Shown piece after piece: positions 56,001 through 64,000 of a DNA stretch of 64,000 bases (position 1 is its first letter; each line of letters starts with the position of its first letter). Source of the DNA: Bacteroidales bacterium (lineage in GTDB: Bacteria > Bacteroidota > Bacteroidia > Bacteroidales > JAAAOM01). The stretch covers positions 609,155-673,154 of the forward strand of contig CAXXXS010000001.1 of assembly GCA_963665085.2 (NCBI GenBank), written 5' to 3'. The translations under genes and the position numbers were made by a program. The notes below the pieces were generated by a model. The model ran no database searches. It had not been told where the DNA came from and saw only the letters and a program-made list of their open reading frames with translations.

Positions 56001-56305
56001 ACTATTAGAAGCAATAAATAGTAATAGAAACTATAAAACCTAACTTTGGTTTGTATTTTCAATCCTGCAAAAACAGGGAATAGAATAACCCCTGCTATAC
56101 CAGAAAAAACAAAAACTAATGGAAGCTCCCTTGCAGAATAATAATGTAAAAAATTTGAGAAGATATAAATATCAAACGCTCCAATAAAAACTCCTAAAAA
56201 AAAAGCTTGCAAAATAAACTTGGAAAGGAAAGACAGTTCATTAAAGTCAATGTTAAAATGACTAAAAAGGTAGTTCTTTATTTGGTTTCCCTTGAGCGAT
56301 TTCAA
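53093..56305 (-). CDS. Polytopic membrane protein (MFS/TLC nucleotide-transporter-like, ~12 TM) fused to HEAT repeats and a C-terminal degenerate cyclic-nucleotide-binding-like domain
   Basis: 1070 aa. About 12 hydrophobic helices occupy aa ~25-430. HEAT/PBS-lyase-like repeats are present (NRILAANMIGAIQDKKLMSQIILLLKDYDPNVRNAAFIAS). The last ~138 aa (nt ~53096-53510) have a CNB beta-roll pattern (RIITYKGNPWTYPILFVAEGEVEIQHKGKKILRLNKNSVIDFGLL). They lack the canonical FGE...R[ST]A phosphate-binding cassette. Confidence 0.7.
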   Translation of the reverse strand: MKSLKGNQIKNYLFSHFNIDFNELSFLSKFILQAFFLGVFIGAFDIYIFSNFLHYYSARELPLVFVFSGIAGVILFPVFAGLKIQTKVRFYSFYYYLLLLIVLLIVGLLSLFYFTPVIFYVGVIFAIPINNLSFYLTQGIQGLYFTNDQSKRYKFFLDTFYYLGVAAVGFLIIVYLLIRPHSGELLLFAFGGVLVILFVQMNIGSTTKANYGAKQRLIAGKYESVSLRMIFKYPYFIYMIISCMLLVFITVHINFSFYTLLQGNYESGIGYAKFLGLFLGTLSMFSLFFKYILIKRILNSYDSPFNIFVIPVVILILVGLLLAINFLIKENVFISKYSLMFLFFVLLKIMNDVLRDSVYSPSLNILLRINKIPTYDLLRRLFRGTFYFVSLAISGGIIYIITKLSSNREVVVAIVIFFLCIAAIVSLFLLLKKFQILLRAHLNELAKSKKYFLNQVIGLKQRLYKLNMLDDPDKMLYTLKLAESNYPADFRNNLYYLLGNSPEVIKEFAIERIEKLSMLQYQNQIEKQTKNLKDAYLKTRFKKLSDIFATQLKTTNDYTNIYKLVDSRDSDNRILAANMIGAIQDKKLMSQIILLLKDYDPNVRNAAFIASTNFNANELTPIMIDQLASAENYAYAYDVLIRVGDKCIEYLEKLFFEPKIDDKLLKRVVKLVGDFNSEKAKMLLISKIDFSSPEVSRQATSSLVDSGYRPNEKSQYKILNIIIKIVSSITQNLTLQVSLAKTEYSETVQESLKNDIENSFDRIYMMLSLIHNRSIIAKLRDYIEKEDLTSNHLALELVDNIIDSNIKSILIPAFQSSSMLQKMKSLSQFFPFEKVEKDEIINQILTSELGQISIWTKAEVLYSLIDNDDFQLNDVIISFLFHKSRILQETAACLVFNKDPDLYYETLERLDQQTRLFLDNSVEFYKTFKRRLLINKVNFLKKLKHIGSLRPAILTELSIYLTEDTMEANRIITYKGNPWTYPILFVAEGEVEIQHKGKKILRLNKNSVIDFGLLHDKEIDEIDVKTLMMTSIITITREDLNMQIFDFPELEIVFQKIMNDFYASKKRRAS

Positions 56306-56437
56306 TTTCGGTATAATTTATTTTATGACAAATATAAAAATTGTAAATACAAATTGAACTTTATCTTTTGATTTGCAAAAGTAGTTAATCGCAATTTAAA
56401 CAATTGTTTTTTTTTGATGTTACTGTCAAAAAAATAG

Positions 56438-57208
56438 ATGTTCGACCCTTTTAGAAAAGAATTTGGAAAATTTGAGGCACGCAGAGAGTTAGTTTTTCTA
56501 ATTCTATCTGGTTTATTTGTTGGCACACTCGCCATGCTCAATATTTTAGGAATAACACGGTTACTCGACCTATCGTTTACAATATTTAACAGAGAAATCC
56601 CTTTTAGGGTCTTTGTTGGAGTCCTGCCTTATCCGATTACATTTTTATGTACTGACCTAATTAGTGAATTCTATGGTAGAAAAAGAGCCTCTATTGTAGT
56701 TTGGGTTGGGCTTATACTTAATTTATGGGTAATTTTTATTTTATGGATTGGTGGAATACTACCACCAGTCCCAGAATTTAATCCTGAAAACGGATTACCC
56801 TACCCAGGTGATCCTAATCTATTATTTTTCGAGATAAGAAGATATACATTTAGTGCAACCTTTGCATCAATGATAGCATATCTAACAGCCCAGTTTGTTG
56901 ACGTACATATTTTTCATTTCTTAAAAAACCTGTCTAAAGGAAAAATGTTATGGTTACGAAATAATGGATCAACAATAACCAGTCAATTAATAGATTCTTT
57001 AGCTGTTGTTTTAATAACCTATTTTTTTACTCACGCAATAGTAATAAACGAGGGAGAAAGTGTTTCAAAAGTTTTATTCGTATTAATTATATCTAACTAC
57101 CTTTTTAAAATGTTTGCAGCCTTAATTGATACAATCCCATTCTATTTAGGAGTTAATTTTCTATCAAAATTTCTTGACATAGATCCTACAGAAGAATTCA
57201 AAAAATAA
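56438..57208 (+). CDS. yhhQ: Queuosine-precursor transporter family protein (YhhQ/DUF165, VUT family)
   Basis: 256 aa with ~6 TM helices and family-typical segments (YPITFLCTDLISEFYG, NNGSTITSQLIDS). Confidence 0.8.
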   Translation: MFDPFRKEFGKFEARRELVFLILSGLFVGTLAMLNILGITRLLDLSFTIFNREIPFRVFVGVLPYPITFLCTDLISEFYGRKRASIVVWVGLILNLWVIFILWIGGILPPVPEFNPENGLPYPGDPNLLFFEIRRYTFSATFASMIAYLTAQFVDVHIFHFLKNLSKGKMLWLRNNGSTITSQLIDSLAVVLITYFFTHAIVINEGESVSKVLFVLIISNYLFKMFAALIDTIPFYLGVNFLSKFLDIDPTEEFKK

Positions 57209-57210
57209 TT

Positions 57211-57729
57211 TTAACAATCCTTCTTACTTTTCTCCTTTAACAACATCAATAAATCATCTGCATTAAGATTAAACCCAGATATAATATGCTTTGATTGTTC
57301 GTAATAATTTTCTCTTTCCTTCAATTTAGATTTTATAAAATCTATAAGTTCCTCCGGGCTTTTTCCCTTTATAAGGGGCCTGTCTGTTTTTGAAGAATTA
57401 AGACGACTTGAAAGAACTTCTGGAGATATTTTAAGATAAATAGAATCTGAGAATTCATTAATAAGTTTCATATTGTCCCCGAAACAAGGTGCGCCGCCTC
57501 CTGTTGCTAAAACAAATTCTTTTCTTTTAAGTACATTCATTAATGTAGTTCGCTCGATCTCCCTGAATTGTGGTTCACCGTCTTCAGCAAAAATATCCGG
57601 AATTGATTTCCCTGTAGTATCTTCGATTTCAGCATCTAAATCAACAAAGGGATGTTCTAGCCTTGAAGCTAAACGCTTCCCCAGTGTTGTTTTACCTGAC
57701 CCCATAAATCCTACAAGAACTATCTTCAT
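57211..57729 (-). CDS. aroK: Shikimate kinase
   Basis: 172 aa with Walker A GFMGSGKTTLGK, FVDLD and LATGGGAP motifs. Confidence 0.92.
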   Translation of the reverse strand: MKIVLVGFMGSGKTTLGKRLASRLEHPFVDLDAEIEDTTGKSIPDIFAEDGEPQFREIERTTLMNVLKRKEFVLATGGGAPCFGDNMKLINEFSDSIYLKISPEVLSSRLNSSKTDRPLIKGKSPEELIDFIKSKLKERENYYEQSKHIISGFNLNADDLLMLLKEKSKKDC

Positions 57730-57739
57730 AGAATTATTT

Positions 57740-60334
57740 TTAAAAATTTAATTCCATTTGGTTAGAGTCTTCCGGATCTTGATCTTCATTGCTATCATCA
57801 AATTCTGGCTCTTCCTCTTCTACTATTTTGGGGTCAATCTCTTGAATTTCTTTAACCGTAAATGTTGTCAACCTTTTTCCTTTTGCTTTGTAACCTTTTA
57901 CTGCTATAAATTCCTCTGCATCTACTATTTCCGAAGGCCTATCACTGTGTTTCCCTTTGAATGTTATTTCAAATTGAGGATATTTTTCTGATGTAATCAA
58001 GACCAACTTAGATTTAGGATGATCCCCGATAATGCTTTGTTTCTCATTGGTAGGTTCAAAGACAAAACGTTTCAAATAGAAGAACTCTACATCTGCATCG
58101 TAATAAACTACAGAATAAACTTTTGATTCATTAAATTTTTCAACCTGGGTAACATCATCCTCAAAGTGATTTGTAAGATCATAATCCATTGTTCTGTATG
58201 TACCTCTCTCGTTGATGGCGAGAATCTTATCATCTGCTTTGAATTCACCTAAATATTCCCCATTCCCATCATCTTTCAAACGATTAACCTCAGCATCGTA
58301 CCAACGTTTAAGTCCGCCTAATGTAGATATACCTTTTTCTGAAAGTTTAATTTTATGGATCGCATGTTTTGTAAGAATATTACCCATGGATCCTCTTCCT
58401 TTTATTGCCAGCTCACTAAAATCTGTTTCAAAAACAAGCTTCTTCAAACGGGATTTTGGTTTTAAATAGACTTTTACAACTTCTGCCTCTCCGTTAGGAT
58501 TGACTGTCATATAAAGAATTTTTGAACCTTTTTCACCTTTTGTAAAGTGATATTCTTTATCGCGCGTTATACCATAAATAGCGCAACGTTTCATATAAAT
58601 TGCGCCATTAAGCCCATCTCTATAAATTACATTATAAATTGTACGCTTATCATTTTTCTTAAAAACGTCAACATGAACAATATCTTTTCCTACAAAAACC
58701 TTATCGTTAACTTTTGTAATTACATATGTCCCATCTGATTTTATTGCAATAATATCATCAATATCAGAACAATCACAAATAAATTCATCTTTCTTTAAAC
58801 CTGTTCCTATAAAACCCTCTTCCCTGTTGGCATAAAGCTTTTCATTTGCAACTACAACATTTGTAGCCTCAATATTTTCAAAGTTCCTTATTTCTGTTTT
58901 TCTGTCCCTACCCTTGCCATACTTTCGTTTTATTTCTTTGAAATAATCGATGGTTACGTCTATTATGTTGGCAAGCTTATTTTTGACCTCATCCATTTGA
59001 TCTTCCAAACCTTTGATATATTCATCGGCTTTGAAAGAACTAAATTTTGAAATCCTTTTAATTGGAATATTTGAAAGTCTTACACAATCTTCTTGTGTAA
59101 CTTCACGCATTAAATTTTTTACGTAAGGTTGCAACCCATCATAAATTGCTTTGAGAATCTCCTCTTCTGTTTTACAAGTCTTGATATCTTCGTAAATCTC
59201 ATTTAAGATAAAGATCTTTTCCAACGAAGACATATGCCATGTCTCTTGTAATTCAGCAAGTTTTATCTCAAGCTCTCTTTTTAACAGGTTTAATGTCTGA
59301 TCCGTTGAGATTTTAAGCATCTCGCTTACCCCAAGAAACTTTGGTTTATCATCCTCTATAACACAACTATTAGGAGAAATAGAAATCTCACAATCGGTAA
59401 ATGCATATAAAGCATCAATAGTTTGATCAGCATACACTCCTGGCCCTAGGTGAATTAAAATCTCAACCTCACCAGCAGTATTATCATCTACCTTTTTAAT
59501 CTTTATCTTTCCCTTTTCGTTTGCTTTTAAAATAGACTCGATAAGACTGGATGTTGTTCTTCCGAAAGGAATGTCGCGAATGGCAAGTGTAGTTTTATTC
59601 TCTATATCAATTTTCGCCCTGATTTTTATACTGCCTCCCCGAATGCCATCATTGTATTTTGAAACATCAATATAACCGCCAGTCAAAAAATCAGGAAAAA
59701 GTTCGAATTCTTGATTTTTCAAATATTTAATCGATGCGTCTATTAATTCATTGAAGTTATGAGGTAATATTTTTGACGCCAAACCAACAGCAATACCTTC
59801 TACTCCCTGGGCCAAAAGCAACGGGAATTTAACAGGTAAGGTTACAGGTTCTTTATTTCTTCCATCATAGGATGATTTCCATTCCGTGGTTTTAGGATTG
59901 AAAACCACATCGAGCGCAAATTTTGACAATCTTGCTTCAATGTACCTGGGAGCAGCTGCGCTATCACCGGTAAAAACATTTCCCCAGTTACCCTGCGTGT
60001 CTACAAGAAGATCTTTCTGACCAAGTTGTACCAGTGCATCACCAATTGAAGCATCACCATGAGGGTGAAATTGCATGGTATGGCCAATAACATTTGCTAC
60101 TTTGTTGTACCTACCATCATCAAGGCGTTGCATTGAATGCAGGATACGCCTTTGAACAGGTTTTAACCCATCATACAAATGAGGAACAGCTCTTTCAAGT
60201 ATAACGTACGAAGCATAATCTAAAAACCAGGTTTCATACATCCCGGTTATTTTCATAATGTTCGCTGCTGAGGCCTCTGGATTCAGTCCGTTCTCGTCCT
60301 CTGTGTTATTTATATTTTGATTCTCGTCTGCCAT
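57740..60334 (-). CDS. parC: DNA topoisomerase IV subunit A (type IIA topoisomerase A subunit)
   Basis: 864 aa. The GyrA/ParC N-terminal motifs are present (RAVPHLYDGLKPVQRRIL, HPHGD, AAPRYIEARL with the catalytic Tyr). It lacks the length and GyrA box expected of gyrase A and is paired with the short B subunit upstream. It has an acidic C-terminal tail. Confidence 0.85.
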   Translation of the reverse strand: MADENQNINNTEDENGLNPEASAANIMKITGMYETWFLDYASYVILERAVPHLYDGLKPVQRRILHSMQRLDDGRYNKVANVIGHTMQFHPHGDASIGDALVQLGQKDLLVDTQGNWGNVFTGDSAAAPRYIEARLSKFALDVVFNPKTTEWKSSYDGRNKEPVTLPVKFPLLLAQGVEGIAVGLASKILPHNFNELIDASIKYLKNQEFELFPDFLTGGYIDVSKYNDGIRGGSIKIRAKIDIENKTTLAIRDIPFGRTTSSLIESILKANEKGKIKIKKVDDNTAGEVEILIHLGPGVYADQTIDALYAFTDCEISISPNSCVIEDDKPKFLGVSEMLKISTDQTLNLLKRELEIKLAELQETWHMSSLEKIFILNEIYEDIKTCKTEEEILKAIYDGLQPYVKNLMREVTQEDCVRLSNIPIKRISKFSSFKADEYIKGLEDQMDEVKNKLANIIDVTIDYFKEIKRKYGKGRDRKTEIRNFENIEATNVVVANEKLYANREEGFIGTGLKKDEFICDCSDIDDIIAIKSDGTYVITKVNDKVFVGKDIVHVDVFKKNDKRTIYNVIYRDGLNGAIYMKRCAIYGITRDKEYHFTKGEKGSKILYMTVNPNGEAEVVKVYLKPKSRLKKLVFETDFSELAIKGRGSMGNILTKHAIHKIKLSEKGISTLGGLKRWYDAEVNRLKDDGNGEYLGEFKADDKILAINERGTYRTMDYDLTNHFEDDVTQVEKFNESKVYSVVYYDADVEFFYLKRFVFEPTNEKQSIIGDHPKSKLVLITSEKYPQFEITFKGKHSDRPSEIVDAEEFIAVKGYKAKGKRLTTFTVKEIQEIDPKIVEEEEPEFDDSNEDQDPEDSNQMELNF

Positions 60335-60387
60335 ATTAATTCTGTAACTTTCCCAGGTTTGTTATATATCAATTAACACATCTTGCA

Positions 60388-62232
60388 CTACGCTTCAACA
60401 AGATCCTCTTCAACTCTTAAGTTATCAATTATAAAATTTTGCCTTTCTGGTGTATTTTTACCCATATAAAATTCCAACATTTCAGGAATTATATCATCCT
60501 TCTTAATTCTAACCGGATCGAGACGCATCTCTTTTCCAATAAAAAATTTAAATTCATCTGGAGAAATTTCACCCAATCCTTTAAACCTTGTTATTTCAGG
60601 ATTTACTCCTAATGATTTTATAGCTTGTTCTTTTTCCTCATCAGAATAGCAGTAGATAGTTTTCTTTTTATTTCTCACCCTGAAAATTGGTGTTTGTAAA
60701 ATATAAAGATGCCCCTCACGAATAAGATTTGGAAAAAACTGCAAAAAGAATGTTATGAGCAACAACCGAATATGCATCCCGTCAACATCAGCATCTGTAG
60801 CAATTACTACATTGTTGTAGCGTAGATCATCTAAACCTTCTTCAATATTTAATGCTGCTTGCAGAAGATTAAATTCTTCATTTTCATACACAATTTTTTT
60901 TGTCAACCCGTATGTATTTAATGGTTTACCTTTTAAACTGAATACGGCCTGGGTTGCAACACTTCTTGATTTTGTAATGGAACCACTAGCGGAATCACCC
61001 TCTGTAATAAAAATTGTACTATCAAGCTTTTGCTCATCCTTACTGTTCAAATGAACTTTACAATCCCTCAATTTTTTATTATGTAGATTGGCCTTTTTCG
61101 CCCTTTCCCGGGCAAGTTTTTTTATTCCACTGATAGCTTTACGCTCTTTCTCCGATTCCTGGATTCGTTTAAGTAAAATCTCAGCAGTATCTGAATGTTT
61201 GTGAAGGTAATTATCAAGATGAGTTTTTACGAAATCATTTATACAATTTCGTATTGATGGGGCATTGGGGCCCATATCTTTTGATCCAAGTTTTGTTTTT
61301 GTTTGCGATTCAAAAACGGGTTCTTCAACTTTTACACTTAAGGCAGCATTAATAGAAGACCTGATATCTGATGGGTCGAAATCTTTCTTATAAAATTCAC
61401 GAACGGTTTTTACAATTGCTTCTTTGAATGCAATTAAATGAGTCCCCCCCTGAATGGTATTTTGTCCGTTAACAAAAGAATGGTACTCTTCGTCGTAATG
61501 GCTGCCATGAGTCATTGCTATTTCAATATCCTCTCCCTTAAAATGCATGGGAGGATATAGAGGCTCAGAACTCATTGATTCCTCAAGTAAATCCAGTAGT
61601 CCATTCTTTGAATAAAAACTTTGTCCGTTTAAATTTATGGTTAACCCTGAATTCAAAAACACATAATTTTTAACCATGGTTTCAACATAGTCATTTATGT
61701 ATTTGAAATTACCGAATAATTCAGCATCTGGAGTAAACATTACCATTGTACCATTTGGTAACTCGGATGCTTCTTCAGGATTATCCTGTATTTTGTTTCC
61801 TTCAGAAAATTCGGCTGATTTTACTTTTCCATCACGGAATGCTTTTATCTTAAAATTTGTTGAAAGCGCATTTACAGCCTTGATACCAACGCCATTTAGA
61901 CCTACCGACTTCTTAAAAACTTTAGAATCATATTTTGCACCGGTATTCATCTTTGAAACTACATCAACCAGTTTACCTAGAGGTATACCACGGCCATAAT
62001 CCCTGATCTTTACAGTTTGTTCTGTTATTGTAATATCTATTTTTTTACCGAAACCCATCATAAATTCATCGATGGAGTTATCAAGCACTTCTTTAATAAG
62101 AATATAAATACCATCGTCTGAAGAAGAGCCATCGCCCAGTTTACCAATATACATACCAGGGCGCTTTCTAATGTGTTCCTTCCAATCGAGCGTTTTTATA
62201 CTATCCTCTGAATAATTTGCTGCTGCTGACAT
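60388..62232 (-). CDS. parE: DNA topoisomerase IV subunit B
   Basis: 614 aa with a GHKL ATPase ([17 protein letters not shown]), a TOPRIM domain ([23 protein letters not shown]) and PLKGK-like SLKGKPLN. Its short length is typical of ParE-type B subunits in Bacteroidota. Confidence 0.88.
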   Translation of the reverse strand: MSAAANYSEDSIKTLDWKEHIRKRPGMYIGKLGDGSSSDDGIYILIKEVLDNSIDEFMMGFGKKIDITITEQTVKIRDYGRGIPLGKLVDVVSKMNTGAKYDSKVFKKSVGLNGVGIKAVNALSTNFKIKAFRDGKVKSAEFSEGNKIQDNPEEASELPNGTMVMFTPDAELFGNFKYINDYVETMVKNYVFLNSGLTINLNGQSFYSKNGLLDLLEESMSSEPLYPPMHFKGEDIEIAMTHGSHYDEEYHSFVNGQNTIQGGTHLIAFKEAIVKTVREFYKKDFDPSDIRSSINAALSVKVEEPVFESQTKTKLGSKDMGPNAPSIRNCINDFVKTHLDNYLHKHSDTAEILLKRIQESEKERKAISGIKKLARERAKKANLHNKKLRDCKVHLNSKDEQKLDSTIFITEGDSASGSITKSRSVATQAVFSLKGKPLNTYGLTKKIVYENEEFNLLQAALNIEEGLDDLRYNNVVIATDADVDGMHIRLLLITFFLQFFPNLIREGHLYILQTPIFRVRNKKKTIYCYSDEEKEQAIKSLGVNPEITRFKGLGEISPDEFKFFIGKEMRLDPVRIKKDDIIPEMLEFYMGKNTPERQNFIIDNLRVEEDLVEA

Positions 62233-62410
62233 TTTCCCTAATTTTATCCAAATATAATTAAAAGAAAAGCCTATATAAGGCTTAATTTGTTAACAAGGAA
62301 ATTAACAATCATCAATATTTCTATTGAAAACGAAATTTTTAAGAAACTGTCTTTAATCTTATTAGTAGGCTCAAAAGAAGTAGATGTTAAAGTAGTATAA
62401 TGTTAATAAC

Positions 62411-64000
62411 TTACTCGATTATACCCATCTGCTTCATTAATAATGTTGCATTCATTTTTTGAGTAATGCCTTCTTTGAGTTTATAATCAAATCTTATTTC
62501 GGAATCGTCTATTTCGATCTCAAAACACATGTTTTTAACATATTCAGGAAATGCTTCTTCAATTTTACCTAACTCCAGATCATGAGTTGCAATAATTCCT
62601 GTAGCGCCCAATTTTATTAACCGTTCAAGAATAATTCGAGAACCATTTTGTTTATCGGTAGAGTTTGTCCCTTTTAAAATCTCATCGAGCAAGAAAAAAA
62701 CATGATTATCAACCTTAATCTCATCCAACAATTGTTTTAGCCGTTTTAATTCAGCATAAAAATAGGATTCATTTTTACTTAACGAATCATTGGTTCTCAT
62801 ACTTGTAAACAGTTGAAACGATGTAAACTTCATATTTTTTGCCGGAACAGGCGCCCCGATATATGCCAATAGCATGTTTATTCCCAGACAACGCAGAAAA
62901 GTACTTTTACCGGCCATATTAGCCCCTGTAATAATTACAACTTCACCTTTTTTTTGCATTCTGTAAGAATTACTAACTGCAACTTTTGGGTCTATCAAAG
63001 GATGGGCTAATTCATCCACATCTATTACTACAGAATCATCAATATCAGGGTATATATTATCCTGATTGTTATATGCGTAATTGGCAATACTATTATATGC
63101 ATCCACTTCACCAATTGCCTTAAACCATTTCTCTACATTATGTCCATGTTGAGACTTCCATTTATCGAGTTTTGCCAAACAATGATAATCCCATAAAAAA
63201 ACACCATTTAATAATATTGCCACATATATATTCAGACGTGTATCAAAAGCCTCAACCAATTTCACAAGATTTTTTAGTTCTTTGCTCGCCTTTTTATCAT
63301 CGGTAAACTTAAACACATCCAAAATTCCATTTAGATATTTACCGTCAAATGATTGTTTTTCAATTTGTAAAATTAAATTTTGATACATCTCAATGTATTC
63401 GGCAGATTTACTTATTTGTGAATGAACTGTGTTAACTTTTTTCATCGTAGAACTTATAATTCCCAGGCAGATGAGAAAGATAAGAATAGGAACATTCCAC
63501 ATAACCAGTCCGAAGCTTGCTAAAAATATCAAAACTATATTTAAAGCAGGAAGTATAAAACGAAGGTATTTTTTATAAATACTCAAACTACCAGAATCGT
63601 CATTGCCAATCCAGTTTAAAATCTTTTTTTTCTCATCCTGATTTTCTTCAAACATCTTAGCATTAGCTGAAAAATTCTGTCTGAATTCAACTTTCGACGA
63701 TAGTTCTTTTATCACTTCCTGTCGCTTTTTAAGCTGAGATGACAATAAAAAAGAATCATTCAACCAGGATGCGAGAGTTTTTTTCCCATCGAAAGTATTT
63801 GTCCTGTTCAAAAATTGGAAAAGAGAACCCTCACCAAAAACATCAAGATCTCCAGAGTAATTATGCTGTGGTTTTATAAACTCCTTTCCGGTTTCAAACG
63901 AAAACCATTTCCAGTTGCATGCATCAATCTCTTGTTGGTTAATGTTGACAAGATTTTCGTAAAACTTTTTTTGTTCCTGAAGTGCGGCATATCGTTTTAC
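62411..64000 (-). CDS. MutS-related ATPase (domain V only, membrane-anchored paralog), 5'-truncated by the window edge
   Basis: The frame stays open to nt 64000 (...DLDVFGEGSLFQFLNRTNTFDGKK...), so the TTG at 63811 is not the start. Two TM helices are present (ILPALNIVLIFLASFGLVMW, ILIFLICLGIISS). The MutS ATPase motifs are ITGANMAGKSTFLR (Walker A), FFLLDEILKGTN (Walker B) and ATHD. Confidence 0.8.
   Translation of the reverse strand, partial: VKRYAALQEQKKFYENLVNINQQEIDACNWKWFSFETGKEFIKPQHNYSGDLDVFGEGSLFQFLNRTNTFDGKKTLASWLNDSFLLSSQLKKRQEVIKELSSKVEFRQNFSANAKMFEENQDEKKKILNWIGNDDSGSLSIYKKYLRFILPALNIVLIFLASFGLVMWNVPILIFLICLGIISSTMKKVNTVHSQISKSAEYIEMYQNLILQIEKQSFDGKYLNGILDVFKFTDDKKASKELKNLVKLVEAFDTRLNIYVAILLNGVFLWDYHCLAKLDKWKSQHGHNVEKWFKAIGEVDAYNSIANYAYNNQDNIYPDIDDSVVIDVDELAHPLIDPKVAVSNSYRMQKKGEVVIITGANMAGKSTFLRCLGINMLLAYIGAPVPAKNMKFTSFQLFTSMRTNDSLSKNESYFYAELKRLKQLLDEIKVDNHVFFLLDEILKGTNSTDKQNGSRIILERLIKLGATGIIATHDLELGKIEEAFPEYVKNMCFEIEIDDSEIRFDYKLKEGITQKMNATLLMKQMGIIE

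Noticed and set aside
56306-56437. Possible preQ1 riboswitch upstream of the yhhQ-like queuosine-precursor transporter
   Set aside because: YhhQ/QueT genes are often riboswitch-controlled. However, I could not find the conserved preQ1-I or preQ1-II elements (a short stem followed by a CCC...CUA-rich A-tract) in this 132-nt AT-rich spacer. Only T9 and A7 runs are present. A covariance-model scan (Rfam RF00522, RF01054) would settle the question.
62267-62283. Hairpin AAGCCT-ATATA-AGGCTT between the MutS-like gene and parE as a rho-independent terminator
   Set aside because: On the minus strand it is followed by a T-rich run. However, it lies ~128 nt past the MutS-like stop and only ~35 nt from the parE start. 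That leaves no room for a parE promoter if it terminates efficiently. The evidence is too weak for a feature call.
1-64000. CRISPR arrays, rRNA and tRNA genes, transposases, integrases, and prophage or IS boundaries
   Set aside because: Reading all intergenic spacers (the longest is ~290 nt) showed no regularly spaced direct repeats. I saw no tRNA-like GC-rich cloverleaf segments such as GGTTCGAATCC-type T-arms. No ORF has DDE, tyrosine or serine recombinase motifs. Nothing supports a mobile element call.

Overview
AT-rich chromosomal segment, about one-third G+C by eye, that looks like an anaerobic member of the Bacteroidota. Two proteins carry T9SS C-terminal sorting domains, TAnnTTTG-type -7 promoter boxes are present, and there are no Shine-Dalgarno-dependent gene starts. 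I found no rRNA, tRNA, CRISPR array, transposase or integrase. Most of the window is housekeeping: xylA (5' partial), murB, rlmN, the sufBCDSE-sufT operon, thiL, holB, pgk, proC, aroK, parC/parE and a MutS-like paralog (partial). Four regions stand out. (1) A redox/hydrogenase cluster at 3.5-13.7 kb. It holds a hydrogenase-like PAS sensor that has lost all H-cluster cysteines, with a 2Fe-2S ferredoxin. It also holds divergent rex, a TM1266-type regulator, a frameshifted hydG, and a Tat-exported split-Soret-like dihaem protein. Two near-identical Rex-type palindromes, TTGTTAT-N4-ATAACA(A/G), sit in the two promoter regions. hydE lies separately, downstream of the suf operon. (2) An accessory-looking stretch at 17.6-27.2 kb with a membrane AraC regulator, a lipocalin-like lipoprotein plus a T9SS C10 (streptopain-like) protease, an Lnt-like protein, a LuxR regulator, and an AbiEi/AbiEii type IV toxin-antitoxin pair with a perfect 25-bp palindrome upstream. 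(3) The most interesting region is a very tightly packed six-gene minus-strand operon at 42665-56305. It encodes a 12-TM/HEAT/degenerate cyclic-nucleotide-binding protein and a protein made of three TIR/DUF4062-like modules. It also encodes a STAND NTPase with a predicted transmembrane helix followed by a coiled coil and a WD40 propeller. The last three genes encode an outer-membrane beta-barrel, a beta-propeller-like lipoprotein and a 1231-aa T9SS-secreted PKD/jelly-roll surface protein. This combination matches no named defence or signalling system that I recognise. I propose it as a candidate novel envelope-spanning, nucleotide-signalling conflict or surveillance system. (4) Several small palindromes and hairpins lie in the suf, abiE and xylA spacers. 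All domain calls come from motif recognition by eye in the supplied translations, and no database search was run.
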